Shown here in pieces: positions 24,222-36,750 of a stretch of 64,000 nucleotides of DNA. The position numbers and the translations under genes were made by a program. The notes below the pieces were generated by a model, which saw only the letters and a program-made list of their open reading frames with translations, searched no databases and was not told the origin of the DNA. Location of the stretch: positions 51,772,001 to 51,836,000 of the forward strand of contig CM059432.1 in assembly GCA_030390025.1 (NCBI GenBank). Reading direction: 5' to 3'. Position 1 is the stretch's first letter. Each line of letters opens with the position of its first letter. This DNA is from Squalus acanthias. Taxonomy: Eukaryota.

Positions 24222-24517
24222 ACAACCACTCCAATTATGGCGAGCACTGTCTCCTCAAGCCAGGTCAGGCCTCTGCACACCAGTCCCCTCCAGTTAGCTG
24301 CAGCTGCCTACGATTATGCACTACCTTGGCCTGAAAGAGAGAGGGAAGTGTGTCAGTGAGTGTGGTTCACTGTGTTTGGATGATGTGGCTGTCATGTTTG
24401 AATAGCTGACAGAGTGTGCAAGCTGTGAGATGTGGGTGTGAGACTTGCAGCAGTGGTAAGTGTGTGAAGGTGAGATGGAGCATATGAATGTGAGGTATGA
24501 GTCGTGACTGATAGAGA

Positions 24518-25440
24518 TTGCAGACAACACAAAGCTGGGTGGGCGTGTGTGCTGTGAGGAGGATTCCGAGAAACTCCAGGATGATTTGGACAGGTTGGGT
24601 GATTGGGCAGAAGCATGGCAGATGCAATATAACGTGGATAAATGCGAGGTTATCCACTTTGGTGTCAAAAACAGGAAGGCAGATTATTATCTGAATGGCA
24701 ATAGATTGGGAGAAGGTGAAGTGCAACGAGACCTGGGTGTCCTTGTGCACCAGTCGCTGAAGGTAAGCATGCAGGTGCAGCAGGCGGTTAAGAAGGCAAA
24801 TGGTATGTTGGCCTTCGTAGCTAGAGTGTTCGAGTACAGGAACAAGGATGTCTTGCTGCAGTTGTACAGGGCCTTGGTGAGACCACATCTTGAGTATTGT
24901 GTGCAGTTTTGGTCGCCTTATCTGAGGAAGGAGGTTCTTGCCATGGAAGGAGTTCAGCGAAGATTCACCAGGCTGATACCTGGGATGGCAGGAATGACGT
25001 ATGAGGAGAGATTAGGTCGATTGGGCTTATACTCGCTGGAGTTCAGAAGAATGAGAGGGGATCTCATTGAAACTTATAAAATTCTGAAAGGACTGGACAG
25101 ACTAGATGCAGGAAGGATGTTCCCGATGGTCGGGGAGTCCAGAACCAGGGGTCACAGTCTCAGGATAAGGGGTAAGCCATTTAGGACAGAAATGAGGAGG
25201 AATTTCTTCACCCAGAGAGTGGTGAACCTGTGGAATTCTCTACCACAGAAGGCAGTAGAGGCCAATTCATTAAATATATTCAAGAAGGAGTTGGATATAT
25301 TTCTTAAGGCTAAAGGGATCAAGGGATATGGGGAGAAAGCAGGGACAGGGTTCTGAATTTGGATGATCAGCCATGATCGCATTGAATGGCAGAGCAGGCT
25401 AGAGGGGCCGAATGGCCTACTCCTGCTGCTATCTTCTATG
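24518..25440 (+). mobile_element. Young CR1 LINE, 5'-truncated, in intron 1 of the Harbinger Myb gene
   Basis: Uninterrupted 269-aa ORF2 C-terminus (24547-25356) plus CR1 3' UTR. Confidence 0.95.
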
Positions 25441-28220
25441 TAAGTGAGTAATTGAGGTGTGGTGAATTGAGCAGTGTGTAAGGCTAGTGGTGCATTTTGT
25501 GGGATATGGCATCTGAAGATGAATTCACTGACCTTGATCACTCGTGTGAGGTCATTAAACTTCTTCCTGCACTGCATCCAGGTCCTCAGGGCTACACTGT
25601 TTGCATTGACAGCAACGGCTATCTGCTCCCATTCTCTTCTCAGTGTCTGTCTGGAGGGCCTCCTGGCCCTCCTGTCCAGCTCCTGCCCTAGGGTCTCAAC
25701 TGCTGCATCCAAAAATCTGGGAACCCTCTCTCTGCCATGTTGTGCCATCTTCACTCTTCCTGTAGGTCACACACTCCTCTACAATGACTTCCAGTACCTG
25801 CTGCAGCCAGAATGCACCTCCCCTTTAAGAGGTGTAGTCTGGCTTTAAGAAGTGCAGGCTAGCTTTAATTGGTGCTAGCCTCGCACGAACTTGGGCCCCC
25901 TACTGAGCGTGCCACCACTCAGCAGCTGAGCTGCACGCCACTATCATTATAATTAGCAGGCAGCATGAAGTTTGCGTGATGCCTGCATTACATTGAATGG
26001 GCGGGAGTTAATCGCACATCACAATCCCCGCACACATTTCCAATTTTTAGCACATGCACTTTTACATGGAGCGGGGAGTAAACAAAGAATGTCTCCTGAA
26101 CTCTCAGGATAAAAGTTAGTTATATCAAAAAAAGGCGAGTAAATATTAGAAATTATTTCCCAATCTGGCACTCTTGGTAAGGAGCAGCGCTCACAGATAA
26201 TGCTGGTCATGAAACTGTGGGCCTGTAGTCCCTGTTTCTCCAACCATTCATTTAAGTCGACAGAAAATCAAGGCCAGTAGGACCACAATTTCCCGACCAG
26301 AGCTCCCTGTAAGCACTGCTCCTCATGAGGAGCACCTGATCAGGGAATCAGCTTTCTTAATCTGCCTTTGGTTCAGTTGATCACATTTTCATTACACAAG
26401 ATATTTCATATTGTATATAGGTGTTTGTAGAGTAGATCAAGAGGAACGGAAAATGATCATTTCAATCTGTTCTGGTTGAATAAGATGGAGAAAATGACCT
26501 TTGCATTTTATCACAGTAGCTTGTAACAACATGATCCCTGTTCAAATGGCTTGATATTTCAGGTTTAGATTTGTGGTGGATTATTTTGCAAGAAGAGATA
26601 AACTGAACCTAGATACGGGAAAAATATAATCGTTTGGTAAAGAGGTGTGTTAAGGGAGATAAACTAATTAAAAAAACTAATAAACAAGAACCTAATGGTA
26701 GAACTCATTGCGACATTGATAAACTTAAATATTTATGTTCACATCAAGATCATAAACAAGTTCCTGGAAGTTGAAAGTTATGTGGGAAAGAGTAAATAAT
26801 GGGACTAAAAGACGACAAGTCCCCTGGACCAGATGGCCTGCATCCCAGGGTCTTAAAAGAAGTGGCTGCAGAGATAGTGGATGCATTGGTTGCAATATAC
26901 CAAAATTCCCTGGACTCTGAGAAGTCCCAGCGGATTGGAAAACTGCAAATGTAACACCCCTATTTAAGAAAGGAGGGAGACAGAAAGCAGGAAACTATAG
27001 ACCAGTTAGCCTAACATCTGTCGTTGGGAAAATGCTGGAGTCCTTCATTAATAAGCAGCAGCAGGGCATTTGGAAAATCATAATGCAGTCAAGCAGAGTC
27101 AGCATGGTTTTATGAAAGGGAAATCATGTTTAACAAATTTGCTGGAGTTCTTTGAGGATGTAATGAGCAGGGTGGATAAGGGTGAGCCAGTGGATGTAGT
27201 GTATTTGGATTTCCAGAAGGCATTTGATAAGGTGCCACATAAAAGATTACTGCATAAGATAAGAGCTCACGAGTTTGCGGGTAATATATTAGCATGGATA
27301 GAGAATTGGCTAACTGACAGAAAGCAGAGAGTCGGGATAAATGGGTAATTTTCCGGTTGGCAAACGGTAACTAGTGGGGTGCCACAGGGATCGGTGCTGG
27401 GGCCTCAACTATTTTACAATCTACATTAATGACTTGGATGAAGGGACCAAGTGTAATGTAGCCAAGTTTGCAGATGATACAAAGATGGGTGGGAAAGCAA
27501 GTTGTGCAGAGGACTCAAATAATCTGCAAAGGGATATAGACAGGCTAAGTGAGTGGGCAAACATTTGGCAGATGGAGTATAATGTGGAAAAGTGTGAGGT
27601 TACCCACTTTGGCAGGAAAAATAAAAAAGCAAATTATTATTTAAATGGAGAGAGATTACAAAATGCTACAGTTCAGAGGGACCTGGGTGTCCTTGTGCAT
27701 GAAACACAAAGGGCTCGATTTTTCCAGGCCCGAGGAGGCGGGTTTCGAGGCGTGTGAGGTGATAAAATCGCAAAAAATGGCGGGCGGATCCGATCCCGCC
27801 TCCAGCCTGCCTCCGAGCAATTTTCCCAAAATCAGGGTTTCAAACGCCGTTTCCAACCCGCCTCCAAGACCCTTAACAACCAGTTAAGTGCCTCTATAAT
27901 CCCATTTTGAGAGGCCTTTGTGAGTTTAACACATTTCCCCCGTGCTGCATGTCTCCTCTGGAACACGCCAGTTAATCCTGGTGGCCTCACAAGTGGATGG
28001 CTTACTAACAGCTGCAGCTCCACCATTAAAAAGGAGTTTTCAGCAATGATCATTTGCAGGTGGCAGAACTTTGTTGTCTCAGGTCTGGGAGAACTTTTAG
28101 CAGGCCTACTCATTGTTGTGGAAGTTTGGAGCCTGAGACCCATCTCCAGTGTGACCTCCTGGGAAACCCCTCTCCCCACCTTGACTGAGCACTTCCTCAA
28201 CTGAGGTATATACCAGAAGC

Positions 28221-29463
28221 ATGGGAACTATTTATTTCCTTTCCTCCTGGACACCAGATTCGGACGAAGACCAGCCGCGGCAGCAGCAGCACCCGGAGCA
28301 ACAGCAGCACCAACAGCAGGAGCAACAACAGGAGCGCCAAGCTGCTCACCACCTGAAGCTGCACAGGCCAGAAGGCGCCAGCGCAAGGAAGCAAGTCGCC
28401 GCAGGAGATACCCCCAAAACAGGGTCTACAGACAGAGGATGAGCTACCACAACATGACTGAACAGCAGTGCCAAAGGAGGCTCAGACTTTCGCGAGAGGT
28501 AGTGGGTGACATCTGCGCAATGCTGCAGCAAGACCTGGAGCCCAGAGGAACAGGTGGACACCCCTTACCAGTGGCCATCAAAGTCACCACCGCACTCAAC
28601 TGTTTTGCTTCAGGCTCATTCCAGGAATCAACAGCAGACATCAGCAGCATCTCCCAGGCGGCCGCACACACTTGCATCACGCAGGTAACCGATGCCCTCT
28701 TTGCCATCGTGCACAATTACATCACCTTCTCCAAGGATCATGTAAGTGTAACCATGCGTGCGGTTGGATTTGTTAATCTGGCAGGCTTTCCAAGGGTGCA
28801 GGGCATCGTTGACTGCACACATGTGGCCCTTAAAGCACCCCATCACAATCCAGGTATTTTTCTCAACCGCAAGGGCTTCCACTCCCTCAACGTGCAGCTG
28901 GTGTGTGACCACAAAAAGGAAATTTTGCATGTTTGCGCCAAGTACCCTGGCAATTGCCATGATCTTTCATCCTGCGGCAGTCTAGTGTGCCTCCACTCTT
29001 CAGTCCACCAGACCAACTTTTCGGATGGCTACTTGGAGACAAGGGCTATCCCCTGAAGACGTGGCTAATGACGCCATTGAGGAGCCCATCCAACGAAGCT
29101 GAGGAGCGTTACAACTCCAGCCACATTTCCACCTGATACATAATCGAGCAAACCATCAGCTTGCTGAAGATGCGATTCCGATGCCTTGATAGATCAGGTG
29201 GAGCCCTGCAGTACTCAGCAGCCAGGGTCTCCAGAATTGTCGTGGTCTGCTGTGCACTTCAAAACATGGCACAGCATCGTGGCTTGCAGCTGCCTGAGGT
29301 ACAAGTGGCTCATCACATAGCCTCCTCAGATGAGGAGGAGGAGGAGGAGAAGGAGAGCGACAATGAACAGCTTGCGGAGGCGCATCAACCAGCGCCTGCA
29401 GCACGCGAGCACATTGCTGCCCGGGATGCAAGGGACGCACTCACCTTGGGCAGATTTGCTTAG
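28221..29463 (+). pseudogene. Harbinger DDE transposase (HARBI1-like), lightly disabled
   Basis: [19 protein letters not shown] and IEQTI motifs; frameshifts near 28360 and 28965; TGA at 29134. Confidence 0.95.
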
Positions 29464-29731
29464 CCTGCCCAATAAAACACTTTTGCCTCGCACCTTCTTA
29501 CCAGAGCATCGACAATGGCCAAGGACCTGCGGATTCCTATCACTCTGACCACCATACTGACAATTGCAAGTCGCCCTAAGCCCTCAATGTGGATGTCCTA
29601 TTTGTGAAATGACACAGGCCACAACTTCAACAGTTTGCCATCAAGTTTTTTTAATCACAAAGTCACGGATGGCTTTTCAAAAATAAACACAACAGAACAC
29701 CCAAGTGACTACCCTTGTGACTACTTGTGCT

Positions 29732-31060
29732 TTATCTTCCTCCTCCACAAAGGCCCTCCATTCGCTCCACACTCGCAGCGACCCTGGAGACGAAACCTGC
29801 CAGAGACTCCTGCACCTGTTCCTGGAGTTCCAGCACCGCTCTCCTTCTGGATGGACCCGGAGGCACAGGGTCGACATGCAGCTGAGCCGAGCTGGGAGAG
29901 TCCTGCGCCCTCCGACGAGGACTCTCTACTGCTGTCCCTGTCTCCACCATCTGCTGATGCTCACTTGTGGCTGTGATACACCAGGTGACAACTCTACTCT
30001 ATGTTCCGAAGGTTCCACCGAGGTGTGAGTGTCTGCGCTGGTGCTGGGTGCGCTTAATTCTGCTGACGATGTACCCTCAGAGGTTGCAGCTTCCTCTGAG
30101 GAGTCGGGGGGCTCAGGCTGTTCCTCCTGGACAGTGGGGAGGGGGGCTGTCGATGGTCCTGTGGGGGAGTAAAGGAAAGAGTTCGACATGTGAGATAAAC
30201 GTTGCATGCACATTGAATTGTGCAGATAATCAAAAGTCAATCTGTTAGAGCATCAGAATCAATATCAGTCACTCATGCAATGTCAATGAGAGAGATGAAA
30301 AACTATTCTGTCACCAGCTTGCTCTGATGCGCCTGTCTGTCCGTCCCCACTTGCGCATCCTCCTCCACTCCCACGATCTCCAGGGCTGCCTCCTCTGCAG
30401 TGGTAAGCTGGGCTATTGAGGGTGGCCCTCCTCCTGTCCTCGCCCTTTCCCTCTTATTGTGGGCTCTCTTTTCCTGCAATGAGGGACACAAGTGGAGTTT
30501 GAGTGAGAATGAAGGAGTGTGTAGAGAATCCATAGCATAGATGCTTAGAAGGACACAAAGATGGAGTAAGGTGCCAAGACCAAGGGCCCGCCCTGTGTGT
30601 TGTAAGTTGTTGTCATTGCATCACAGTGATAGGAAGTGTGAGGGCTGCATAGTCAAATAGTTAAGTGAATGTGAACATACAGAGAGAGGGAATGGGTAAG
30701 GGTGCAGGGATGTAAGGGTCAAGTGGGATGTGGAGGAGGAGGTTGACAAAGCAGAGTGCTGGTGATGAGAGGCGATGGGGATCAGATTGAGGGTCATGGG
30801 ATGGAATACTCACTTTTCCTGTGCGGAGAAGGTCATGAAACCTCTTTCTGCACTGCAGCCAGGTTCTGCTGCACATTGAAATGGCATTCACCCCCTGTGC
30901 CACTTGCAGCCACACAGCTTTGGTCTGTTGTGGAGGCTCTTTTATCCCTGAAGAAGGAAACAGCACTTCCTTATTTGCTCTTGCTCCCTCCACCAGAGCT
31001 TGCAGGGAGTTCTCATCGAATCGGGGTGCACGCTTTGGTCTGGTGCCTGAAATGGTTTTT
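29732..31060 (-). pseudogene. Harbinger Myb/SANT-like gene (3 exons)
   Basis: Exon 1 RAPRFDENSL..WLQCRKRFHDLLRTGK/GTGAGT (ends about 30814); exon 2 from 30473 EKRAHNKRERARTGGGPP; exon 3 from about 30158. Confidence 0.85.
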
Positions 31061-32859
31061 GCACGAATCCCTCAGAAGTATTATGCTCAAGTTGAAAGGC
31101 TGAAAAAGAACCAAGGCTGCTTGCAGGCCTTAAATGCAGCTGCATAGATGACATCATCGGAGGTGAGTTTCAACATTAAAAGACTCATTGGGCCAGGGGT
31201 TCCCACATGCTGGAAATCAAGTGCCAAATTAGAGCAAAATCGCTCATTTGTCCCGCCTCACGTCGGAGGTGGGGTCCGGACACGACGACCACCTGACACA
31301 CCCCTAGCCCGCCCCCAATGACAAAATCCAACCCAAAAAGTTAGCATGCAGGTGCAGCAAGTAATCAAAAGGCAAATGGAATGTTGCCCTTTATTTCAAG
31401 GGGGTTGGAGTATAAAAGCAGGGAAGTCCTGCTACAATTGTACAGGGTATTGGTGAGACCACACCTTGAGTACTACGTACAGTTTTGGTCTCCTTATTTA
31501 AGGAAGGATATACTTGCATTGGAGGCAATTCAGAGACGATTCACACGGTTGATTCCTGAGATGAGGGGGTTGACTTATGAAGAAAGGTTGAGCAGGTTGA
31601 GCCTATACTCATTGGAATTTAGAAGAATGAGAGGTGATCTTATTGAAACATATAAGATACTGAGGGGGCTCGACAAGGTAGATGCAGAGAGGATGTTTCC
31701 CCTCGTGGGGAAATCTAGAACTCGGGGGCATAGTTTCAGAATAAAGGGTCGCCCTTTTAGAACTAAGATGAGGAGGAATTTCTTCTCTCAGAGAAGAATC
31801 TGTGGAATTCTCTGCCCCAGATAGCTGTGGAGGCTGGATCATTAAATACATTTAAGGTGGAGATAGTCAGATTTTTACAAGATAAGGGAGTGAAGGGTTA
31901 TGGGGAGCGGGCAGGGAAGTGGCTTTGAGCCCAAGTTCAGCCATGATCTTATTGAATGGCGGAGCAGGCTCGAGGGGCCAAGTGGCCTATTCCTGCTCCT
32001 ATTTCTTATGTTCTTAGTACATAATGCGCATGTGGTTCAATCGTAAGATTGGGAATGAGTTTTATATAGTTGGTTTGAAGTGTTTGGATCAGTGGTGCTG
32101 TTAATAAGAGAGGATCTGTGAATAATCAAATTAAATCATTTTAGACTGAGATGAGGAGAAAATAAATCTTTGTGGAAACCTGAGGATTTAAATAAAGAAA
32201 TTAATATCATAGTGAATGATGAACAGTTATACCAGAGAAGAAAACCTCTTTTGTGAAGAAACCAGTTTAGCAAAAAACTAGCATCTTGGAGGAGCTTGTG
32301 AGTGCCTTATGAGTGTGGTGGCACAATCAGAATTAAAAGTAATAAAGGAAAATGTGCATTAATAAGGTGCTAATATTTGCACATATCCTCCAAACATTTT
32401 TAAATGAAATAATTGAAACTATTTGTGAATGCAAGCATATATGTTTTTTAAGAGGGAATGTCAGTTAATAAACAAATATAATGTATTCCATTTCTGTTGT
32501 TTATTACATTACGGAAATAAGTCACTGTCCAAATATTACAACATTCATTGTACAAGCAGTTAATGACACCCCACCCCTCTCCATCCTGGTTAATAAGACC
32601 TTATTACAGGAGAGAAGTGAAAAGCTATGGCAGGCAGTTGTCATAATGCAGAGATTGAACTGTATTTGTTGTCACTGCAAATAGCGCTGGCAAGAAAAGA
32701 ACCTTCATCCTGCCTTCTTCCGTATCAAAAGCAACAAAGCTGCGGATATGGGTGTACCACACCAATCAGTGCATTTACTTACAAAGCCATTGAGGAGCTC
32801 CCTTGGAGCTATGTGAATATCACAATTGTTTTGAAGATGGCTGACTTGTGATAACTCAC

Positions 32860-33105
32860 ACAGCAGGGGAGTTCTCCTGGTATCCTGGCCAACATTTATC
32901 CCTCAGCCAACACCACCGAAACAGATTAATTGCTCATTTATCTCATTGCTCTTTGTGGGATCTTACTGTGTGTAAATTTGGCTGTCTTGCTTGCCTGCAA
33001 AATAACTGTGACTACACTTCAAAAGTAATCTATTGGCCGTGCAGTGCTCTGGGATGCCCTGAAGACCTGAAAGGCGATAAATAAATGCAAATCTCTTTCT
33101 TTCAT
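32860..33105 (+). mobile_element. DeuSINE 3' fragment
   Basis: Aligns to 43180-43415 (Deu domain and L2-like tail). Confidence 0.8.
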
Positions 33106-33219
33106 TATTGCATTGAAATGAGAAAAAAATTGTGGATATTTTTAATACATTTTTGAAAATTGGCACCAAAGTCTTTAACATTTTTAAACACTAAAAGCTA
33201 GGGAAAGCATAAAACCAAT

Positions 33220-34019
33220 GGCCGGTAATTTGCGGTCAGCGGCGAAGCAAAGGCATTCACCGCTGGCCCCGAAGTAAGCTTCCCACAAAGATCTCGCAAT
33301 CTCTGTGGCGAGAAGTTCGGCTTTTCCGACGTGCAATTGAAATCAGCGCAAGTTAATGGGAAGTCCCGAGCACGAGCTGCTGTGACGTCAACAAGCTGTC
33401 TAAGTAGCCAATCACAGTGCAGAATTCTCACAGACCGAGAACCAGGAAGTGAGTAAGCTCCTTTGATTCTAACTTTTTTTAAATGTTATAGAGAGCAAAA
33501 CAAAGATTGGTGCTCTCACATGGGGAAAAGGTAAACCTGAAATATAGATGAACAAACTTTAAAAAATAAAAAACAATTTTTTTAAGTTTCTTATAAATTT
33601 TAATTTTTAATAAAATGGATAAATTTGACACTCCACAAAATTTAAATTAGTTTTTCAGGGCCATGTTTGTTTCGCAGTCAGTACGCTGTTAAAACCCCAG
33701 TTGCACCTAATCCAAAAGGGTTTCACTTTTAATGGGGTATTTAACAGCGATATTACCGCGGAAGAGCTGAAGTTTTCGTCCGTTTCCCTGATTTCACAGA
33801 TTACACTGATTTCCAGCTGTTTGGGGGGGTGGGGGTGTGGTGGGGGGGTGAGGGCACCACAGCGCAGCCAGTGTCGGAGCAGTGAATAACTGACCGCAAC
33901 TTCAGAATTTCCGCGTTAGGATGCGCATGAGCTACATCCTGAAGTTGCGGTCAGTTTCAAAGGGTAATAACAGAAAACGCTGTTCATTCGCTGTTATTAC
34001 CCACCGAAAATTCCAGGCC
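33220..34019. mobile_element. Harbinger-type MITE (family C)
   Basis: TIRs GGCCGGTAATTT / AAATTCCAGGCC; flanks AAT/ATT; AT-rich core, GC-rich ends; same architecture as 61920-62682. Confidence 0.75.
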
Positions 34020-34104
34020 ATTATGTACAATTTTGGAAAGAGGGGAGCTGGAAGGTTGAAAAGCCTATTCACATCATAATTTCGCCGACACTTTTTTATG
34101 GTAC

Positions 34105-34852
34105 TGTGAGCCTGGATCTGTCTGGATACTTTGATTCGTGACACTCGAGTTACAAAATACAAACTGAGTCGACAGCAACAAGATCCATACAACGGTGTTT
34201 ATTCATGACTTTACCCGTTAACAATTACAATGTTTTACTTTCTAAAACCTAATTGCGTTACTTGAATTACATGGCAGGAGATATACTCACTAGGCTATTG
34301 ACAATCGCGCTGGGGTTGATCAGACCCCAACCGATCGCCATCAGAAAGCTGATCAGGCCTCTGCTCCATGAGACTTGAGCCCAACTGCTCGAGTTCCTCT
34401 CCTTTCGTTCCTTCCTGTTGACCGTAGGGGCTAACCTCTGGCCATGCTATTCTTGCTGTCTTATATTGTCCGAATACACCTTCTTGCCCAATACCAGACG
34501 TTTCCTGTGGTTTCGCACTTTGATAGCTCCTTATCGAAACTCTTGCTGACATGACCGCAGCTCCTTTGATATGCGGTTTCATTTACTGATGCATTTCCTT
34601 GCTTCTGATGTCCGTGAGCTTTTCTTTAAAATGGCAAGTCGTTATCTTGTTAGCCAGACATGCCTTCCAAGGTTGAATATACAGCCCACTGAATCCTAAG
34701 CTAAAGTTTATGTTTTAAAAATTTCTCAGAGGGCCTTTTCTTTAATTGCCCACAGCAGGCTTGGGCAATTTCTGAGTTCAGTTTTAACGAGCTTTAAGCT
34801 CCTATTATACTGTCCATCAAGGTCGTTCACTTTGATGTAGTTCGATTCTACA
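34105..34852 (-). mobile_element. Solo LTR (748 bp)
   Basis: TGT...ACA termini, 5-bp TSD GGTAC, minus-strand AATAAA at about 34198. Confidence 0.85.
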
Positions 34853-35521
34853 GGTACAGGAAGGAGGGCATGGAAACTGAATGTAAGTGATCATAGTCTT
34901 ATGATTTGAACTTACAGAATTGTTTGTCATGATGCCTTACTTGTTAGTAAAATTAAGCATATTTTACATTGAAAATGTTTCATCTCTCATTGCAATATAC
35001 AATTTGAACCCTATTTAATGATCAAATGTAATATATACACATCAGTCTGGCCAGTGAAGGCTATCTAACTTGATATGCCATTTAGATTGAAAAAATGCAA
35101 AGCAAAAAGCCACAGTTCTAGTCTACTGAAGTGTTATTCTCTAAAGGATCATGGGCTAGAAAGTATTCATCCATACTGGAGACTGAGAAACTGTTGTACT
35201 ACGTATAGCTGCTTCATCAAACTGGCAATACTGTAGGTAGTGATTGTCCTGCTGTTGGAAAAATACAGTATGCTGCTCACTGTCTCTTAACGGCTTTGAA
35301 GTGCATCCCTGAGGGAGGTAAACTGACTAAGCTTAGTGAAGAATTAGATAGACATATACTAGTAATGAGCCCAGTATCCCAAGAGTATGTTGCAGTTTTA
35401 CACCTTTGACGAAGATGATTGTGTTAGAAACGCAATTTATCCTGCTCTACACAGTTAAATTATCTGATGGTTAAACCTCCTGAGATGCAGGAAGGGCAAT
35501 CCAGAAAGAAGAGTCATTGCT

Positions 35522-36750
35522 CTTTAGGTTAAGGGATAGGTCAATAGAGTTGCAGTGGCAGACATTTAAGGAGATATTTCAGAATACACGGAATATATAC
35601 ATTCCAATGAGAAAGAAAAATTCCACGGGGAGGACCCACCATCCGTGGTTAACTAAAAAAGTTAAAGATAGTATCAAACTTAAAGAAAAAGCATATAATT
35701 GCGCAAAGATGGGTGGCAGGTCAGAAGATTGGACAGAATATAAAAAACAGCAAAGAATGACTAAAAGATTAATAAGGAGAGAAAAATTAGAGTACGAGAG
35801 AAAGCTAACTAGAAATATAAAAACAGATAGTCAGAGTTTCTATAAATATTTAAAAAAGAAGAGTTAACAAGGTGAGCGTTGGTCCTATAGAAAGTGAGTC
35901 TGGGGAATTAATAATGGAAAATAAGGAGATGGCAGTTGAACTGAACAGGTATTTTGCATCAGTCTTCACTATAGAGGATACAAGTAACATCCCAGAAATA
36001 GCTGTAAATCAGGAAATGGAAGGGAGGGAGGAACTCAAGAAAATTACAATCACCAGGGAAGTGGTACTGAGCAAATTGTTGGTGCTGCGGGCTAACAAGT
36101 CCCCGGGTCCTGATGGACTTCATCCTAGGGTCTTAAAAGAAGTGGCTAGTGAGATAGTTGATGCGTTGGTTTTAATTTTCCAAAATTCCCTAAATTCGGG
36201 GAAGGTTCCATTAGATTGGAAAATAGCGAATGTAACTCCTTTATTCAAAAAGGGAGGGAGACAGAAAGCAGGAAACTACAGGCCAGTTAGCTTAACATCT
36301 GTCATAGGGAAAATATTAGAAGCTATTATTAAAGGCGTTATAGCAGGGCACTTAGAAAAGTTCAGGGTAATCAGGCAGAGTCCACATAGCTTTGTGAAAG
36401 GGAAATCATGTTTAACCAATTTATTGGAGTTCTTTGAGGAAGTAACATGTGCTGTGGATAAAGGAGAACCGGTGGATGTACTGTACTTAGATTTCCAGAA
36501 GGCATTTGATAAGGTGCCACATCAAAGGTTATTGCGGAAAATAAAAGCTCATGGTGTAGGTGGTGACATATTGGCATGGATAGAAGATTGGCTAGCTTAC
36601 AGGAAACAGAGAGTAGGCATAAATGGGTCATTTTCTGATTGGCAAGATGTAACGAGTGGTGTACCACAGGGATCAGTGCTGGGGCCTCAACTTTTTACAA
36701 TTTATATACATGACTTGGATGAAGGGACCGAAGGTATGGTTGCTAAATTT
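35522..36750 (+). mobile_element. CR1 ORF2 internal fragment, truncated at both ends
   Basis: [34 protein letters not shown]; stops at VAKF just before ADD. Confidence 0.93.

Larger units (their letters stand above)
22840..25747 (-). pseudogene. Harbinger Myb/SANT-like gene pseudogene (3+ exons)
   Basis: MAQHGRERVPRF..WEQIA..RTWMQCRKKFNDLTRVIK/GTCAGT; exon 2 about 24329-23995; exon 3 from about 23843; collinear with 56576-60990. Confidence 0.82.
21930..26053. mobile_element. Non-autonomous Harbinger: transposase mostly deleted, Myb gene retained, with nested CR1 and ribozyme-bearing insertion
   Basis: Left end GGCCCCGATCTT; transposase C-terminal remnant 22367-22670; Myb exons on minus; right end is reverse-homologous to the start of the element at 56267. 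Confidence 0.82.
27711..31334. mobile_element. Full-length PIF/Harbinger transposon (3.6 kb)
   Basis: TIRs GGGCTCGATTTT / AAAATCCAACCC, TSD AAA, convergent transposase (+) and Myb gene (-). Confidence 0.95.
26790..32016 (+). mobile_element. CR1 LINE (ORF2 RT half) split by a Harbinger insertion at 27710/31335
   Basis: [41 protein letters not shown]; reading resumes ETQ/KVSMQVQ after the insertion; (CTTATGTT) tail. Confidence 0.95.

Noticed and set aside
26317..26334. 18-bp perfect palindrome TGCTCCTCATGAGGAGCA
   Set aside because: Lies among decayed MITE remnants; no independent sign of function
28221..31060. Host HARBI1 / NAIF1 / MSANTD genes
   Set aside because: Bounded by TIRs and a TSD, disrupted and multicopy: transposon genes, not domesticated loci
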